64,000 bases of DNA from Microcoleus sp. GTDB taxonomy: Bacteria > Cyanobacteriota > Cyanobacteriia > Cyanobacteriales > Microcoleaceae. Shown piece by piece: positions 61,308 through 64,000 of this stretch. A model generated the notes under the pieces. It saw nothing but the letters and a program-made list of their open reading frames with translations, searched no databases and was not told where the DNA came from. Within the stretch, counting starts at the first letter, position 1, and each line of letters opens with the position of its first letter. The position numbers were made by a program, and so were the translations under genes. The stretch lies in contig CP181291.1 in NCBI GenBank assembly GCA_052279835.1, forward strand, positions 1,984,001 through 2,048,000, written 5' to 3'.

Positions 61308-62165
61308 ATGAAAAAACAGCAAAACAAATTCAGTCACCTCACGGCGATGGAAAGAATTTACCTGTCATTTCCGGCGAAATATTTATGGGAGCAAAACCTG
61401 CTGCAAGGTAAAATTTTAGACTTTGGTTGTGGCTTTGGCAACGATGTGAAATTATTGCAGCAAAAAGGCTTTGATATTGCAGGTTATGACCCTTACTATT
61501 TCCCAGTATATCCCGAAAATAAATTCGATACAATTCTTTGTTTTTATGTTTTGAATGTTTTGTTTCCAGAAGAACAAGCTAAGGTCATCATGGAAGTATC
61601 GCATTTGCTTAAACCAGGAGGCAAAGCATATTTTGCTGTGAGAAGAGACCTCAAAAAAGAAGGTTTTCGAGAACATTATATCCACAAAAAACCTACCTAC
61701 CAGTGTATAGTAAAACTTCCGTTTAAGTCAGCACACTTAGATGAGTATTGTGAAATATATGAATATGTCCATTATAATCATCAAATAAATTCAACTAATC
61801 ATTGTATTTTTTGCAATCCACATAAACAGCTCACTTTACTAACTGAATCAGCAACAGCCTATGCCATATTTGATGGTTATCCTGCCAGCAAAGGTCATGT
61901 TTTAATTATCCCGAAGCGTCATGTTGCCAATTATTTTGAACTGCCGTTTCGAGAACAATCAGCTTGTTGGTTCATGGCGAATATAGTACAAGATATTTTA
62001 AATAAAGAATTTCAGCCTGACGGTTTTAATGTGGGAATAAATATTCATAAAGATGCTGGTCAAAGTAGAAGTCATGCTGCGATTCATATTATTCCCCGCT
62101 ACCGAGGTGATGCGAAGGGACATAAAGGCGGGATTAGATATGTGATTCCCAAGAGGGAAAAATAA
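61308..62165 (+). CDS. Class I SAM-dependent methyltransferase fused to a HIT-family domain
   Basis: ILDFGCGFG, GYDPYY, YVLNV; then CIFC, DGYPASKGHVLIIPKRH, GFNVGIN, HAAIHIIPR. Confidence 0.85.
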   Translation: MKKQQNKFSHLTAMERIYLSFPAKYLWEQNLLQGKILDFGCGFGNDVKLLQQKGFDIAGYDPYYFPVYPENKFDTILCFYVLNVLFPEEQAKVIMEVSHLLKPGGKAYFAVRRDLKKEGFREHYIHKKPTYQCIVKLPFKSAHLDEYCEIYEYVHYNHQINSTNHCIFCNPHKQLTLLTESATAYAIFDGYPASKGHVLIIPKRHVANYFELPFREQSACWFMANIVQDILNKEFQPDGFNVGINIHKDAGQSRSHAAIHIIPRYRGDAKGHKGGIRYVIPKREK

Positions 62166-62353
62166 AATTTAGTAAAGTGTGAAATGGATTTTTTTTAACC
62201 GCAGAGGCGCAGAGAACACAGAGGAAGGGAGAAGAGAGGGAGTCATAATTTTTGTAAGGATTGTTATATTTGAGCAAAGGCCGAACAAAAAAGGGTTAAA
62301 ATATATTTACTAAGTCTGATACTAAACCTTAGCAGCAGTTTTGTATTCTGTTT

Positions 62354-62923
62354 ATGTCTAAGCGCAAAAAACAAGAATGGCTCAAGGAAACCCTAGAGCT
62401 CAAGGAAAATCATAACTGGAAATCAAAACCGGGAACTCGCATCTTTGTCGCCGGAAGAGGAGCAGTCCGCTTTGATGTCCCCGATGATTGGCATTTTGAA
62501 CCGGATACAAAATCCTTCCGGTTTACGGACAAAAAGCCGCCGGATGATGATTGTTGTTTGGAAGTTTCGTTTAATTTACTTCCCCCCGGAAACTGGGCCG
62601 ATTTTCCCTTGGCTCCGCTATTAAAAAAAGTGGCTGAAGAAGACTCTCGAAATCCGTTTGACATGGGGGAAATCATTCAACTGAAGCGACAAACTGCTCG
62701 GATTGTTTGGACGGAATTTAAATTTATCGACCCTCCAGAGCAGCGGGAAGCTTATTCGCGAATCTGTGTGGGATTGGGTTCAAACGTTCAGTGTTTGATT
62801 ACTTTTGATTATTGGGTTGATGATGCAGAGCGTTTGACTCCTGTCTGGGATACGGTGATGGAAACTTTGGTTTTAGGGTTGTTTATTAGCGACCCTCGAA
62901 CTGGATTTGCACGGCCAGATTAG
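62354..62923 (+). CDS. Conserved hypothetical protein
   Basis: 189-aa ORF with ATG start and normal composition; no family recognised. Confidence 0.7.
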   Translation: MSKRKKQEWLKETLELKENHNWKSKPGTRIFVAGRGAVRFDVPDDWHFEPDTKSFRFTDKKPPDDDCCLEVSFNLLPPGNWADFPLAPLLKKVAEEDSRNPFDMGEIIQLKRQTARIVWTEFKFIDPPEQREAYSRICVGLGSNVQCLITFDYWVDDAERLTPVWDTVMETLVLGLFISDPRTGFARPD

Positions 62924-63009
62924 ATGTATGCAGAGTTGGAAAGTACGGGTTTTATGGGTCTATACTCCCGACTTCATGAAGAAGTCGGGTATTTAAATTT
63001 TTTAGCCCT

Positions 63010-63216
63010 TTATCGTGTAGCAAACAGCAAGCAAGCTTGGATATCTTCGGGTTCTAAATTGGGAAAATCTGCCAAAATTTCACTAGCAGGTACATTATCC
63101 GCTAGAGTTTCTAGAATGTCACTAACTCGAATTCTCATGCCTCGGATACAGGGGCGACCTCCACATTTACCCGGAGTTTGAGTAATGCGATCGAGTAAAG
63201 CAGTTTTGTCTAGCAT
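63010..63216 (-). CDS. DUF433-domain protein (putative antitoxin)
   Basis: RITQTPGKCGGRPCIRGMRIRVSDILE...EILADFPNLEPEDIQACL. Confidence 0.85.
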   Translation of the reverse strand: MLDKTALLDRITQTPGKCGGRPCIRGMRIRVSDILETLADNVPASEILADFPNLEPEDIQACLLFATR

Positions 63217-63352
63217 AAGTTCGATCTACTGCACGGGTACTTAATAGTATAGCGCTTGGAGTATAGTTTCAAAATAAAATTATTCTCGAAGTGCGATCGC
63301 ACAAATACCGTACAATTATCCCACGCTCCCGCATCTAACAACTCCTAACCCC

Positions 63353-64000
63353 ATGCTTTGCGATTACCTAGTACAAATCCTCACCGCCCGCGTCTACGAT
63401 GTAGCCCAAGAAACACCGCTAGAAGTCGCCCCCAATCTATCAGCGCGACTCAACAATCAACTGCTGCTGAAGCGAGAGGATATGCAGTCTGTGTTTTCCT
63501 TTAAACTGCGCGGTGCGTATAACAAAATGGCGCAACTTTCGCCGGAATTGCTGGCAAAAGGGGCGATCGCAGCTTCTGCGGGAAATCACGCCCAAGGAGT
63601 AGCCCTCGCCGCCAGCCACCTGGGAACTCGCGCCATCATAGTCATGCCCGTAACTACGCCCCAGGTCAAGGTTAATGCGGTCATAGCCCGTGGTGGAGAG
63701 GTAGTCTTGCATGGGGATACTTACGATGATGCTTACGCCTTTGCGCGCCAATTAGAGGCGGAAACAGGCATGACTTTTGTTCACCCTTTTGATGACCCCC
63801 ATGTGATTGCGGGACAGGGTACGATCGGCATGGAAATTCTCCGACAGCATCAGAAACCAATTCATGCAATTTTTGTAGCAATTGGCGGCGGTGGATTGAT
63901 TTCGGGAATTGCTGCTTATGTAAAACGGTTGCGGCCGGAAATTAAAATTATTGGTGTGGAACCTGTGGATTCCGATGCGATGAATCAGTCTTTGAAAGCG
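63353..64000 (+). CDS. ilvA: Threonine ammonia-lyase, biosynthetic (partial, runs off the window)
   Basis: MLCDYLVQILTARVYDVAQETPL...KREDMQSVFSFKLRGAYNK...ASAGNHAQG...HPFDD...GQGT...GGGGL; missing from the ORF track because there is no stop in the window. Confidence 0.95.
   Translation, partial: MLCDYLVQILTARVYDVAQETPLEVAPNLSARLNNQLLLKREDMQSVFSFKLRGAYNKMAQLSPELLAKGAIAASAGNHAQGVALAASHLGTRAIIVMPVTTPQVKVNAVIARGGEVVLHGDTYDDAYAFARQLEAETGMTFVHPFDDPHVIAGQGTIGMEILRQHQKPIHAIFVAIGGGGLISGIAAYVKRLRPEIKIIGVEPVDSDAMNQSLKA

Noticed and set aside
63440..63881. Minus-strand ORFs of 103 and 66 aa
   Set aside because: They are antisense to the clear ilvA frame starting at 63353.

Overview
This 64-kb window is from a filamentous cyanobacterium, probably Oscillatoriales (Microcoleus/Tychonema-like). 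That call is an inference from abundant HIP1 GCGATCGC sites, heptamer tandem repeats and gene content. The backbone is housekeeping: pdhB-secD-secF, dacB-like-rpsP-KH-phoH-hutX-like, plsX-fabH-fabD, putA, cyaC, two tandem delta-9 desaturases, potADBC, a GldA/F/G-like ABC operon, ltaE and a partial ilvA. Mobile DNA is dense: an internally deleted IS5 joining two truncated genes, a chimeric IS607/IS605-like element with a fused tnpB remnant, an IS701 pseudogene inside a MITE-bracketed insertion, an apparently intact IS630 with a matching MITE, and many REP/SDR-like palindromes, some in frame inside proteins. The main observations are: (1) an exported PAD-family protein lacking the catalytic Cys and His; (2) CGATCG-containing tandem arrays in the leaders of two unrelated IS transposases; (3) a reconstructable MITE-flanked insertion with an ATT target duplication; (4) a hybrid IS607/TnpB element whose ends overlap the stop codons of both neighbouring genes; (5) an ABC ATPase with about 31 acidic 13-aa repeats; (6) a methyltransferase-HIT fusion missing the nucleophilic His. 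No CRISPR array, rRNA or tRNA was recognised. All family calls come from reading motifs by eye, not from database searches.
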